Below are positions 27,664 through 36,534 of a stretch of 59,442 bases of DNA, one piece after another (position 1 is the first letter of the stretch; each line of letters begins with the position of its first letter). Source of the stretch: Minisyncoccota bacterium (lineage in GTDB: Bacteria > Patescibacteriota > Minisyncoccia > Phycocordibacterales > UBA9973); contig JBBAAI010000001.1 of NCBI GenBank assembly GCA_041658325.1, positions 93,427 through 152,868 of the forward strand, written 5' to 3'. The notes beneath the pieces are model-generated. The model was not told the origin of the DNA. It saw nothing but the letters and a program-made list of their open reading frames with translations, and did not search any database. Position numbers and translations under genes: made by a program.

Positions 27664-27692
27664 ATTTTAAATTACTTTAATCGTTTTGTCAA
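27664..27692 (-). promoter_or_regulatory. Canonical sigma70-type promoter for the GC-rich operon: TTGACA, 17-nt spacer, TAAAAT
   Basis: Minus strand reads TTGACA (27692-27687), aaacgattaaagtaatt, TAAAAT (27669-27664). A ~45-nt leader containing AGGAGG follows. Confidence 0.55.
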
Positions 27693-27737
27693 TTCTCCGT
27701 TATTTTTAACGTAAGCGATTTTTGTTTATAAAGATAG

Positions 27738-27743
27738 TATAAT
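27738..27743 (+). promoter_or_regulatory. TATAAT 6 nt upstream of the GNAT ATG (possible leaderless promoter)
   Basis: tataat-ttaatt-ATG(27750). Confidence 0.4.
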
Positions 27744-27749
27744 TTAATT

Positions 27750-28340
27750 ATGAAACTAGAAACAAAAAGGTTAATTCTGAGAAAACCAAAAAGGAGTGAC
27801 TGGAAGGATGTTGTTGAAGGAATTGGAGATTTTGATGTATGTAAAAATATGGTAAGTGTTCCTTATCCATATCACAGAAAAGACGCTGAAAATTTTATAA
27901 AATTTCAAATAAAACAACCCGAAGAAAAGAAACCAAAAAATTATAATTTTTTTCTTGAGTTAAAATCTGAGAAAAAAGTAATTGGCTGTCTTAGTGTCGT
28001 AAAAATAGATTATTTTTCGGGGGTTGGAGAAACAGGCTCTTGGGTAAATAAAAAATATTGGAGAAAGGGGTATATGACAGAAGCAAAAATTACTGTGAAT
28101 GATTTTGCATTTAATAAATTAAACTTGAGAAGATTATATTCTCCAGTTTTTACTGATAACGCAGCATCAAATGCCACCCAACAAAAGATGGGATATAAAC
28201 TAGAAGGAAAAATGCGAAAATGCGTAAGAAGTAAAGCAACAGAAAAAATCCACGATGAAAACATCTATGGTTTGTTAAAAGAGGATTGGAAAAAAATCAG
28301 ACCCAAGCTTCTAATAAAAAATAAAAAAATATTTATATGA
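27750..28340 (+). CDS. GNAT-family N-acetyltransferase (RimJ/RimL-like)
   Basis: LETKRLILRKPKRSDWKDVVEG is the N-terminal pattern of RimJ/L-type acetyltransferases. WVNKKYWRKGYMTEA is the acetyl-CoA motif region. Confidence 0.75.
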   Translation: MKLETKRLILRKPKRSDWKDVVEGIGDFDVCKNMVSVPYPYHRKDAENFIKFQIKQPEEKKPKNYNFFLELKSEKKVIGCLSVVKIDYFSGVGETGSWVNKKYWRKGYMTEAKITVNDFAFNKLNLRRLYSPVFTDNAASNATQQKMGYKLEGKMRKCVRSKATEKIHDENIYGLLKEDWKKIRPKLLIKNKKIFI

Positions 28341-28879
28341 AATACGAAGTAGAAGTTAAGGCTAGGGTGAAAAATTTTGATGAAATAATTCCTAAACTAA
28401 AAGAGCTAGGTTGTGTTTTGTCAGAACCAATAATGCAGGATGATTATATATTCAACCAAAAAGGAATTGATCTTTATAAGGGTCACGGTGATTTGTCAGT
28501 TTTAAGAATTAGAGAACAAGATAAAAAAATAATTTTTACCCTGAAAAAGAATCGCAGTAACGAACTTGATTGCATAGAAAAGGAAATTGAAGTGAATGAC
28601 AAAAACACCCTAAAAGAAATTATTGAGTTGCTTGGTTTTGAAAGTAATGTTGAGGTTCACAAAAAGAGGATTAAAACTAATTACAAAGATTATGAAATTT
28701 GCTTGGACGAAGTTGATGGATTGGGTACATATATAGAAGTTGAAAAAATGTCTGACGAAGATGGAGAAAAAGTACAAGAAGAATTATTCGGTTTTTTGCA
28801 AACACTAGGAATTCTCAAAGAAGATAAAGTATTTAACGGCTACGATACTCTGATTTGGCTAAAAAATAACCAAAAATAA
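28337..28879 (+). CDS. CYTH-domain protein (class IV adenylyl cyclase / triphosphatase-like)
   Basis: Canonical N-terminal EVEVKARV (ExExK). 180 aa. ATGA overlap with the GNAT gene. Confidence 0.7.
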   Translation: MKYEVEVKARVKNFDEIIPKLKELGCVLSEPIMQDDYIFNQKGIDLYKGHGDLSVLRIREQDKKIIFTLKKNRSNELDCIEKEIEVNDKNTLKEIIELLGFESNVEVHKKRIKTNYKDYEICLDEVDGLGTYIEVEKMSDEDGEKVQEELFGFLQTLGILKEDKVFNGYDTLIWLKNNQK

Positions 28880-28884
28880 AATAT

Positions 28885-29754
28885 TTATTGCTTCTTTGAA
28901 GCGGAAGCGAGACGGAGCATTATTTCATGCACGGCGGGTTGGGAGTTCGTGATAACAACAGAATTTTCATCTGCAAACACATACATTAGTACTATTTTCT
29001 CATCTTTATCGCGAAGTATTCGCGCATTTTTGTTTTCTATAATACCATCCTCAAAATCTTTCGTGAGAAGATAATTTGTCTCGCCGGAAAGATTAATTCC
29101 CAAAAATCCACGTAGATCAAAAAACATCTTTCCTTCCCAGGCACGCAAAGCATCAAAAATATCAGCTGTGGAACGAACTTTAAGCAGAATAAAAAAACCT
29201 TCACCCATTATTCGAGTTTCACTTATTTTACTATTTACTACACCCATTAAAAAATTATCATTAACGAGAAGTGAATTAGCCTCTGGAACAAAATTACTCT
29301 TAATTATGGAAATAAAACGCCTCAATCCTATAATTTGTTTATTTTCTGTAAGATAAATTCCTTCTACTCCCCCATTTTTTACTTTTGTGGTATTAACTTC
29401 ACTCAAAACAGTTTGCATTATTTCCTCTTTTTTAAATCCTGAGACTTCCAAAAAAGTTATCTTATCGTTAAAAACTAAAGGAACAAATTGTTTTTCCACT
29501 GGAACAGTATTTATATCTTTTTTAAAAAAGAAAAAAGATAAGATCGCCAAGGAGAACACAATTAATAAAAAACTGATAAACATAAAAAGCTTATTTTTTT
29601 TCGATTCTGGAGATAAATTTCTTTTTTCAGCCTCATGTTCTTCCTCTCCGTGAATTATTTTTTTCACGAGACCCTCTGTGTCATTTTCAAGAACCTTCGC
29701 CATGTCCTCAGCATAAGTTTGAACCATCTTGTTCTTTACTTCGTCTTTGTCCAT
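28885..29754 (-). CDS. Membrane-anchored hypothetical protein
   Basis: One TM (LFMFISFLLIVFSLAILSFFFF) after a charged N-terminus. Lies directly downstream of pnp. Confidence 0.45.
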   Translation of the reverse strand: MDKDEVKNKMVQTYAEDMAKVLENDTEGLVKKIIHGEEEHEAEKRNLSPESKKNKLFMFISFLLIVFSLAILSFFFFKKDINTVPVEKQFVPLVFNDKITFLEVSGFKKEEIMQTVLSEVNTTKVKNGGVEGIYLTENKQIIGLRRFISIIKSNFVPEANSLLVNDNFLMGVVNSKISETRIMGEGFFILLKVRSTADIFDALRAWEGKMFFDLRGFLGINLSGETNYLLTKDFEDGIIENKNARILRDKDEKIVLMYVFADENSVVITNSQPAVHEIMLRLASASKKQ

Positions 29755-29757
29755 ATT

Positions 29758-31872
29758 TTATGATTTTGGTTTGAAAAAATCTTTATCAGCTTCCTTGATA
29801 GATAAACTAATCTTACCTTTTTCATTATCTATCTTTATAACCTTTACGGGCACGATAGTACCTTCCTTTATTATATCTGATACTTTGTCCACACGGAATG
29901 GTGCCATTTCAGATATATGCACCATGCCATCCGTGAAGGGATTCAAGGCAACAAAAACTCCAAAATCAGCAAGCTTTACCACCTCTCCTTTCAATATTTC
30001 TCCAACTTTAAATTCGTGAGTCATCTCTTCGACTATTTCTTTAGCTTTTTCGGCTGCTCCATCCTTTCCAGTCAAATATACTGTCCCGTCATCTTCGATG
30101 GTTATTTCCGCGCCAGATCTCTCTTTGATATCTTTAATGGTTTTTCCGCCACCACCGATAACCATACCGATTTTCTCTGGATTGATTTTTATAATCAAAA
30201 TCTTCGGTGCGTTAGAAGATATACTTTCTCGTGGTTTGGAAATTTCTTTTTCGATTGCATCTAAAATATGAAAGTGCGCTTTTCTAGATTGCTTCATCGC
30301 TTCAGCTAATATTTTTATCGGAACACCATCCACTTTCACATCGAGTTGTATAGCGGTAACACCATTTTTCGTCCCCGCAACCTTGAAATCCATATCACCG
30401 TGGTGGTCTTCAGGTCCTTGAATGTCAGTTAAAATTTTATATTTATTTTCATTTTCAAACATTAAACCCATAGCAATACCGGCAACGGGAGCTTTGATCG
30501 GCACTCCACCATCCATCAATGCTAAGGTTGAAGCACAGATAGAAGCTTGAGAAGTTGAACCGTTGGATGCCATAGATTCAGAAACGATACGAATAGTATA
30601 AGGAAATTCTTCGGTGGTTGGTAATACCATTGCAATAGCTTTTTCAGCGAGTGCTCCATGTCCTATTTCTCGACGATTTGTAAAACCAGAACGTCCAGTC
30701 TCTCCCGCAGAAAAAGGAGGAAAATTATAGTGGTGCATAAATCTTCTTTCAGAGGTCACATCCATTCCATTCACCGCTTGTTTGTCTCCTGGTCCGCCTA
30801 AAGTCAAAGCAGAAAGAACGTGCGTTCCTCCACGATAAAAAATTCCAGAACCATGTAATATTTTTGATAACCCTCCAGCTTGCGCGTAAAGATCGCGGAC
30901 TTCATCCATTGCTCGTCCATCTGCCCTTTTATTTTCTTCAATTGCTTTTTTGTGCAACATTTCATTTTCTGTATTATCAAACAAATCGTCTTCCAGCTCG
31001 TAATCTTTGTTGTCTGGAAATTTTTCCATAACCAAATTATTCCAAATGGTATGCAAAGCATCTATGTGTTTCTTCCCAGCTCCGGCAAAAATAGCTTCTT
31101 CCATTTTCGGTAAAATATTTTCTCTAAATAAAGTTTCTGCTTCAGGATTTATAATTTCTTTAGGAATAATTCTTTTTTCTTTACCAATTTCTTTAGCAAT
31201 ATTTTTTTGGAATTCTTCCAATTTAGAAATTTCAACACTCGCACTCCTTAGAGCTTCTTCTATCTCTTCTTCTTTTACTTGCCTGGCCGCAGCTTCAATC
31301 ATGTTGATATGTCCCTCTCTTCCGCACACAGTCAAATCAAACTTATATGGATATTCTTCTCCTCTGAAAACCGTAGATGGATTTATTTTTAAGGTCTCAT
31401 CGTCATATTTTCCAATACGCACACAGCCGACTGGTCCCCTCCATGGAATATTAGAAACAACGAGAGCAAGAGAAGCCGCATTGACGGCAAGCATGGCTGG
31501 ATCATTATCATCACAAGCGATAACCGTCACGATAACTTGCACTGCATGTCGTAAATGATTATCAAAAAGCGGGCGAATGGTTCGATCAATAACTCGACTC
31601 GCCAAAATCGCTTCGGTAGATGGTTTACCTTCTCTTCTAATATATTGAGAACCTAAAATTTTTCCAGCAGCATAAAACTTTTCTGCATAATCAACCGTCA
31701 AATTAAAAAAACCCAAACCTTCTTGTTTGTCATGAGACATGCAGGCAGTGGCGAGCACAATGGTCTCACCATATTTAAGCATTACACTACCGTGTGCTTG
31801 ATCTGCTAAATCAGTAAAAATGGCGGTTAATTTTTTACCTCCGATTTCCACACTATATTCTTTCTTTTCCAT
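29758..31872 (-). CDS. pnp: Polyribonucleotide nucleotidyltransferase (PNPase)
   Basis: Two RNase PH domains, a KH domain (IGMVIGGGGKTIKDI) and an S1 domain (GEILKGEVVKLADFGVFVAL). Confidence 0.95.
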   Translation of the reverse strand: MEKKEYSVEIGGKKLTAIFTDLADQAHGSVMLKYGETIVLATACMSHDKQEGLGFFNLTVDYAEKFYAAGKILGSQYIRREGKPSTEAILASRVIDRTIRPLFDNHLRHAVQVIVTVIACDDNDPAMLAVNAASLALVVSNIPWRGPVGCVRIGKYDDETLKINPSTVFRGEEYPYKFDLTVCGREGHINMIEAAARQVKEEEIEEALRSASVEISKLEEFQKNIAKEIGKEKRIIPKEIINPEAETLFRENILPKMEEAIFAGAGKKHIDALHTIWNNLVMEKFPDNKDYELEDDLFDNTENEMLHKKAIEENKRADGRAMDEVRDLYAQAGGLSKILHGSGIFYRGGTHVLSALTLGGPGDKQAVNGMDVTSERRFMHHYNFPPFSAGETGRSGFTNRREIGHGALAEKAIAMVLPTTEEFPYTIRIVSESMASNGSTSQASICASTLALMDGGVPIKAPVAGIAMGLMFENENKYKILTDIQGPEDHHGDMDFKVAGTKNGVTAIQLDVKVDGVPIKILAEAMKQSRKAHFHILDAIEKEISKPRESISSNAPKILIIKINPEKIGMVIGGGGKTIKDIKERSGAEITIEDDGTVYLTGKDGAAEKAKEIVEEMTHEFKVGEILKGEVVKLADFGVFVALNPFTDGMVHISEMAPFRVDKVSDIIKEGTIVPVKVIKIDNEKGKISLSIKEADKDFFKPKS

Positions 31873-32038
31873 ATTTTTTTATTTACTCCGATATGACGAA
31901 GCGAGATTCCCCTCCAGAATAAAGTATTGTTTCACAAAAAAGTGAGACATTATCTCTATCTAAAGGCGAATCAAATTAACTGATAAACTAAAAAGGACCT
32001 CTCGGTTATCCTAGCATTTTTCAGCTAAAATGCAAAAA

Positions 32039-32548
32039 TTATTTTGTACTCATCAAATATTTTCTGGGATTTTCAGATAAATCCACAAAATCATCTACCA
32101 CTTCACGAAGTTTACCAGAAGTTGATTTACCAAATGAAACAACTTCCACCTGCACTCCAATAGTTTGTAAATATTCCACCAATGGTACAAAATCTCCATC
32201 GCCAGAAATTATCACTACTGAATCCAGTCGGGGCGACATTTTGATAGCATCTACAGCGAGACCAACATCCCAGTCTGCTTTTTTTGCACCGCCAGCAAAT
32301 ATTTGTAAATCTTTTGTTTTGGTTTCAATCCCCAATTTACTCAAAGCTTCAAAAAAATTCTTTTCGTCTCCCGCTTCGGTGGTAATAACGTACGCGACTG
32401 CACGCACAAGCTTTCGCCCCGCTACGGCATCTTTCAATACCGCACCGAAATTCACTCGCGCTTGATATAAATTGCGAGCTGAATGATATAAATTTTGAGT
32501 ATCAATAAAAACTCCAACTCTTTGTTCTTTATGTTTTATGACTGTCAT
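32039..32548 (-). CDS. NYN-domain (LabA/DUF88-like) protein, putative RNase
   Basis: RVGVFIDTQNLYHSARN...VVIISGDGDFVPLVEYLQ is typical of the LabA-like NYN domain. Confidence 0.75.
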   Translation of the reverse strand: MTVIKHKEQRVGVFIDTQNLYHSARNLYQARVNFGAVLKDAVAGRKLVRAVAYVITTEAGDEKNFFEALSKLGIETKTKDLQIFAGGAKKADWDVGLAVDAIKMSPRLDSVVIISGDGDFVPLVEYLQTIGVQVEVVSFGKSTSGKLREVVDDFVDLSENPRKYLMSTK

Positions 32549-32554
32549 ATTTAG

Positions 32555-32560
32555 ATTATA
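32555..32560 (-). promoter_or_regulatory. TATAAT 6 nt upstream of the NYN-gene ATG (possible leaderless promoter)
   Basis: Minus strand reads tataat-ctaaat-ATG(32548). Confidence 0.4.
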
Positions 32561-32583
32561 ACACCAAAAAAGAAACTCGCCAT

Positions 32584-32847
32584 TTACGCGAGCTCCATTT
32601 TCTTCATTAGGGCCGTATAACGAGGTTTGCTTTTGCGTTCCAAATATTTCAAATGAGTGCGTCTGTCAGCTACCATCTTAATTAACCCTCGACGAGAATG
32701 ATTATCCTTTTTATGTTTCTTTAAATGTTTAGCTAAGGCATCAATCTGCGTAGACAAAACAGCCACCTGTACTTCCGGAGAGCCAGTATCCTTTTCGTGA
32801 ATTTGATGTTTTTTTATAACTGCTTGCTTTTTCTTTGTTGCTAACAT
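32584..32847 (-). CDS. rpsO: 30S ribosomal protein S15
   Basis: [53 protein letters not shown]. The start could instead be GTG 32853. Confidence 0.9.
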   Translation of the reverse strand: MLATKKKQAVIKKHQIHEKDTGSPEVQVAVLSTQIDALAKHLKKHKKDNHSRRGLIKMVADRRTHLKYLERKSKPRYTALMKKMELA

Positions 32848-32944
32848 ATTCACATATTAGCATAAACAACCCAAAATTGCAAGGCTTTAGACTAAACAGA
32901 AAAAAGGCTTTGCGCAGATAGCCGAAGCAAATGCGCAAAGCCCT

Positions 32945-33391
32945 TTAGATCCTAATTCCAGCAAAATACCATCCTCTTTCCCAGATACGATAAGGGAAAC
33001 GAGGACCGACATCCACCTTGCGTTCTTTTTTGAATTTGCCAACCTCAAACCGGCAGATACACCACACACCTTTTTCATTTCGCCAATGGGTTCCAGTTCT
33101 GTAGTTCATCAAGAGAGAAGGATCTTCCTCGTGACATGCCGACAAAACATACGGATCAGCTGGAATACTCTTGTTTATTTCATATTCCTCCTTCAACCCT
33201 TCTTCATCTACTCCATGATCGAGACTAAAAAAACCAACTTCAACTTTTTCTATTTTTTCTCCACCTCCTGGCATTTCGTTGACCGTGCTTGAATCAACCC
33301 ACAGCCTACACCCCGTCGCGGAAAGAACTTGAAAAGAATCTCGTCTTCTGTCGACAAGAACTTTTCGAACAAATTCAAACCCTGGTTCCAT
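32945..33391 (-). CDS. Orphan hypothetical protein, compositionally GC-rich, SD-led
   Basis: ~52% GC on a sampled line. GAGGAGGTG lies 5 nt upstream of the ATG. No recognisable domain. Confidence 0.45.
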   Translation of the reverse strand: MEPGFEFVRKVLVDRRRDSFQVLSATGCRLWVDSSTVNEMPGGGEKIEKVEVGFFSLDHGVDEEGLKEEYEINKSIPADPYVLSACHEEDPSLLMNYRTGTHWRNEKGVWCICRFEVGKFKKERKVDVGPRFPYRIWERGWYFAGIRI

Positions 33392-33505
33392 GAGCCACCT
33401 CCTCTCTTATGGGTTTCGAAGAACTAAATACATCGTCATTATACACTAACAAAACTAAGTACACTAAAGGGCATAGTGTCGCACAATATATGCTAAAATA
33501 TTAAA

Positions 33506-34411
33506 GTGATCACAGAAATAGATAAACTCAAAAGAGAATTTTTAGAATATTTAGAAATTGAAAAAGGCTCGGCCTTAAGGACGGTGGAAAATTATGAGCA
33601 TTATCTCACCCGCTTTTTTGAATTTGGAAAAATAAAAAATGCAAAAGATATTACAGATTCTTCGGTGCGAGAATTTCGTCTCTGGCTCAATCGACAAATA
33701 ACGGGCAACAACAGAAAAACCGGAGAAACAGTTTCTAAAAAAACTCAAAATTATTACATGATTGCTTTGCGAGTTTTTTTGAAATATCTGACAAAAAGAG
33801 GAATCAAATGTATTTCTGCGGAACAAATAGAATTGGCGAAGGTCGGAGAAAGATCACTCGACCTAATTACTCACCTAGAATTGAAAAGATTATTAGATTC
33901 TCCAAAAGAAAATACTTTGAAAGATTTGAGAGATAAGGCGATTTTGGAACTTTTGTTTTCTACCGGGCTCCGTGTTTCAGAATTATGTTCACTCACTTCA
34001 GATATTGATTTACGCTCGGATGAATTGTCTATCCGTGGAAAAGGAGGAAAAATCCGCGTAGTTTTTATCTCGGACGAAGCAAAAAAATATGTCAGAAATT
34101 ATTTATCTGCACGTAAAGATATGGGCGATGCGCTTTTCGTGCAGGTTGGTGACAAAAACACTCCCCCGCTCACTCGCCGATCCATAGAAAGAATTGTAAA
34201 ACAGCACGCCATAAAAGCAGGCATTTCCAAAAAAGTTACTCCGCACGTAATGCGCCACATGTTTGCGACAGACCTACTCGGCAATGGCGCTGACCTTCGC
34301 TCTGTCCAAATAATGCTCGGGCATGCCAACATCGGCACCACACAGATCTATACTCACGTCACCGATAAAGCCCTTAGGGAAACCCATAAAAAATTTCATT
34401 CTACAAAATAA
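33506..34411 (+). CDS. Tyrosine recombinase, XerC/XerD family
   Basis: R..H..R..Y catalytic pattern: GLRVSEL, HVMRHMFATDLL, LGHANIGTTQIYTHV. GTG start with a TAAAAT 6 nt upstream. Confidence 0.85.
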   Translation: MITEIDKLKREFLEYLEIEKGSALRTVENYEHYLTRFFEFGKIKNAKDITDSSVREFRLWLNRQITGNNRKTGETVSKKTQNYYMIALRVFLKYLTKRGIKCISAEQIELAKVGERSLDLITHLELKRLLDSPKENTLKDLRDKAILELLFSTGLRVSELCSLTSDIDLRSDELSIRGKGGKIRVVFISDEAKKYVRNYLSARKDMGDALFVQVGDKNTPPLTRRSIERIVKQHAIKAGISKKVTPHVMRHMFATDLLGNGADLRSVQIMLGHANIGTTQIYTHVTDKALRETHKKFHSTK

Positions 34412-34423
34412 TAAAATAAATAG

Positions 34424-34429
34424 TATAAT
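34424..34429 (+). promoter_or_regulatory. TATAAT 6 nt upstream of the methyltransferase ATG
   Basis: tataat-aaaaga-ATG(34436). Confidence 0.4.
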
Positions 34430-34435
34430 AAAAGA

Positions 34436-35083
34436 ATGGGATATCTTGAACATAAAGAACATTTTAATATTGCTTACAAAACAGGGGCAGATACCTGGAC
34501 GCATCCATCTACTACCTTTGAGGGGAAAAAATTTATAGAAAAACTATCTCCCGGAGCAAACATTTTGGACGTTGGTTCCGGGCGCGGATTTTTTGCCAAA
34601 CATTTGGCAGATTTAGGATTTAAAGTAATCGGCATTGATTTTGCAAAAGAAGTCGTAGAAAAAGCAAATGAAAATATCGCTGATTGGGGGCTAGAAGGCA
34701 AACTTAAATTTGTGGAGGGAGATGTATTAAGCATTCCATTCGTGGATGCAGGCTTTGACGCAGTTTGCGACTTCGGGCTTTTTGAAACTTTGTACAAGGA
34801 AGACTGGCCAATCTATGCGAAAGAGATAAACCGTGTTTTAAAACCAGGCGGAATTTATTTAAATGTTTCTCTTTCCCGAGAAACACATCATTTCTTTGAA
34901 TTCTCTCCTAAGGCAGGAGTGGACGTAGACTTTGAAAAATACGGCATACATTATCATTTTTTCGGAGAAGAAGAGATGAAAACTATTTTTCTGGATAAAT
35001 TTGAAACAATTTCACAAAAAACTGAACTGGCTAAAACAGATGGGAAAATTGTTCTTCTGGAAACGCTTTTTCGAAAAAAATAA
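34436..35083 (+). CDS. Class I SAM-dependent methyltransferase
   Basis: Motif I ILDVGSGRGFFAKHLADLG, then VIGIDF and LKPGGIYL. Confidence 0.8.
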   Translation: MGYLEHKEHFNIAYKTGADTWTHPSTTFEGKKFIEKLSPGANILDVGSGRGFFAKHLADLGFKVIGIDFAKEVVEKANENIADWGLEGKLKFVEGDVLSIPFVDAGFDAVCDFGLFETLYKEDWPIYAKEINRVLKPGGIYLNVSLSRETHHFFEFSPKAGVDVDFEKYGIHYHFFGEEEMKTIFLDKFETISQKTELAKTDGKIVLLETLFRKK

Positions 35084-35851
35084 ATGAAATTAATTTCCTG
35101 GAATACAAATGGGCTCCGAGCAACGGCTAAACAAGGATTTTTCAGTCCCCTTTTTGAAAACAATCCTGATGTCTTGTGTTTGCAAGAAACTAAAGCAGAA
35201 CCTGACCAATTGCCAGAAAATGTACGAAATGTACCGGGATATTTTTCCCATTTTTCATATTGCAAAGTTAAAAAAGGCTATAGTGGCGTAGCAATTTATA
35301 CTAAAGAAAAACCTCTGGAAGTATTTTATGGTATGGATATTAAAAAGTTTGACGATGAAGGCAGATTGCTTGGGGTTAAACTTAAAAAATATACGATTAT
35401 AACTAGCTATTTCCCAAACGGCGGAGCCGGACCGGAGAGATTAAAATACAAATTGGAATTTTACGACGCTTTTTTAAAATTTATATTAAAACTTCGTAAA
35501 AATGGCGAAAAAGTAATTTTTTGCGGAGATGTAAATACTGCCCACGAAGCGATAGACCTTGCTCGCCCGAAAGAAAACGAAGAGAATACTGGATTTTTGA
35601 CCATAGAGCGAGCGTGGATTTCCAAAGTAATTAAAAACAATTTTTTAGATACTTTTAGAAAGTTCTACCCCAAAAAAACTGATTCATATACTTACTGGGA
35701 TCAAAAAACCCGCGCCCGAGATCGCAATGTCGGCTGGCGACTTGATTATTTTTTCGCTGATGCAAAAATTGTGCCAAAAATAAAAGACGCAGGAATGCTA
35801 TCTGATTATTATGGCTCCGACCACTGCCCCATTTGGCTAGAGATTAATTAG
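35084..35851 (+). CDS. xth: Exodeoxyribonuclease III
   Basis: KLISWNTNGLRA...DVLCLQETK...FCGDVNTAHEAIDL...SDHCPIWLE. Confidence 0.9.
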   Translation: MKLISWNTNGLRATAKQGFFSPLFENNPDVLCLQETKAEPDQLPENVRNVPGYFSHFSYCKVKKGYSGVAIYTKEKPLEVFYGMDIKKFDDEGRLLGVKLKKYTIITSYFPNGGAGPERLKYKLEFYDAFLKFILKLRKNGEKVIFCGDVNTAHEAIDLARPKENEENTGFLTIERAWISKVIKNNFLDTFRKFYPKKTDSYTYWDQKTRARDRNVGWRLDYFFADAKIVPKIKDAGMLSDYYGSDHCPIWLEIN

Positions 35852-35858
35852 TTTGTGA

Positions 35859-35864
35859 TATAAT
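35859..35864 (+). promoter_or_regulatory. TATAAT 7 nt upstream of the TMEM175-like gene ATG
   Basis: tataat-aatcaac-ATG(35872). Confidence 0.4.
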
Positions 35865-35871
35865 AATCAAC

Positions 35872-36534
35872 ATGAACCACACAAGATTAGATCAGCTATC
35901 CGACGGTATCTTTGCGATAGTTATGACGATTCTCGTTTTTGAAATTAACATTCCGACTATTTGGGGACCTGTAGATAACACGACTCTCTATTTTGAGATT
36001 AAAAAATTATTACCCGTTTTCTTAAGTTATGTGCTTAGTTTTACTTTACTCTTTACCTATTGGAGAGCGCATCACTTTTTCGTTTCTATTTATGCAAAAA
36101 ATTTAGATTCAATATTAACTAACATAAATGCCTTATTTTTTATGTTGATAAGCTTGGTTCCTTTTTCTGCCAATATCCTTGGTCAATATAATAAAAATGA
36201 ATTATCAGTAATAATCTTTAGTATACACACAATTCTAATCGGTCTTACTTTATACTGGATGCGTAGATATGTACTATATTCCCCGCACATCAAAAACCCA
36301 GAAATAACAAAAAGGGAGATTCGTGGTAGTACCATCCGTACTCTAGCCCCCGTATTTTGCGCCCTTGTCGCTATTCCGTTTAGTTTTTACAGTATCAAAC
36401 TGGCAATAATTTTGCTCACTCTGGCTGTAATTTTTAATCTTTCTTCTTACAGTACTCGCCTTTTTGAAGGTATTCTTAAAAAACTCCACCATCTTTTCTT
36501 CGGCGAAGATACCAAGGGCCACTTTGCGGATTAG
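35872..36534 (+). CDS. TMEM175/DUF1211-family putative K+ channel
   Basis: RLDQLSDGIFAIVMTILVFEI matches the RxxxFSDGxxAxxxTLLV signature of helix 1. Six predicted TM helices. Confidence 0.7.
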   Translation: MNHTRLDQLSDGIFAIVMTILVFEINIPTIWGPVDNTTLYFEIKKLLPVFLSYVLSFTLLFTYWRAHHFFVSIYAKNLDSILTNINALFFMLISLVPFSANILGQYNKNELSVIIFSIHTILIGLTLYWMRRYVLYSPHIKNPEITKREIRGSTIRTLAPVFCALVAIPFSFYSIKLAIILLTLAVIFNLSSYSTRLFEGILKKLHHLFFGEDTKGHFAD

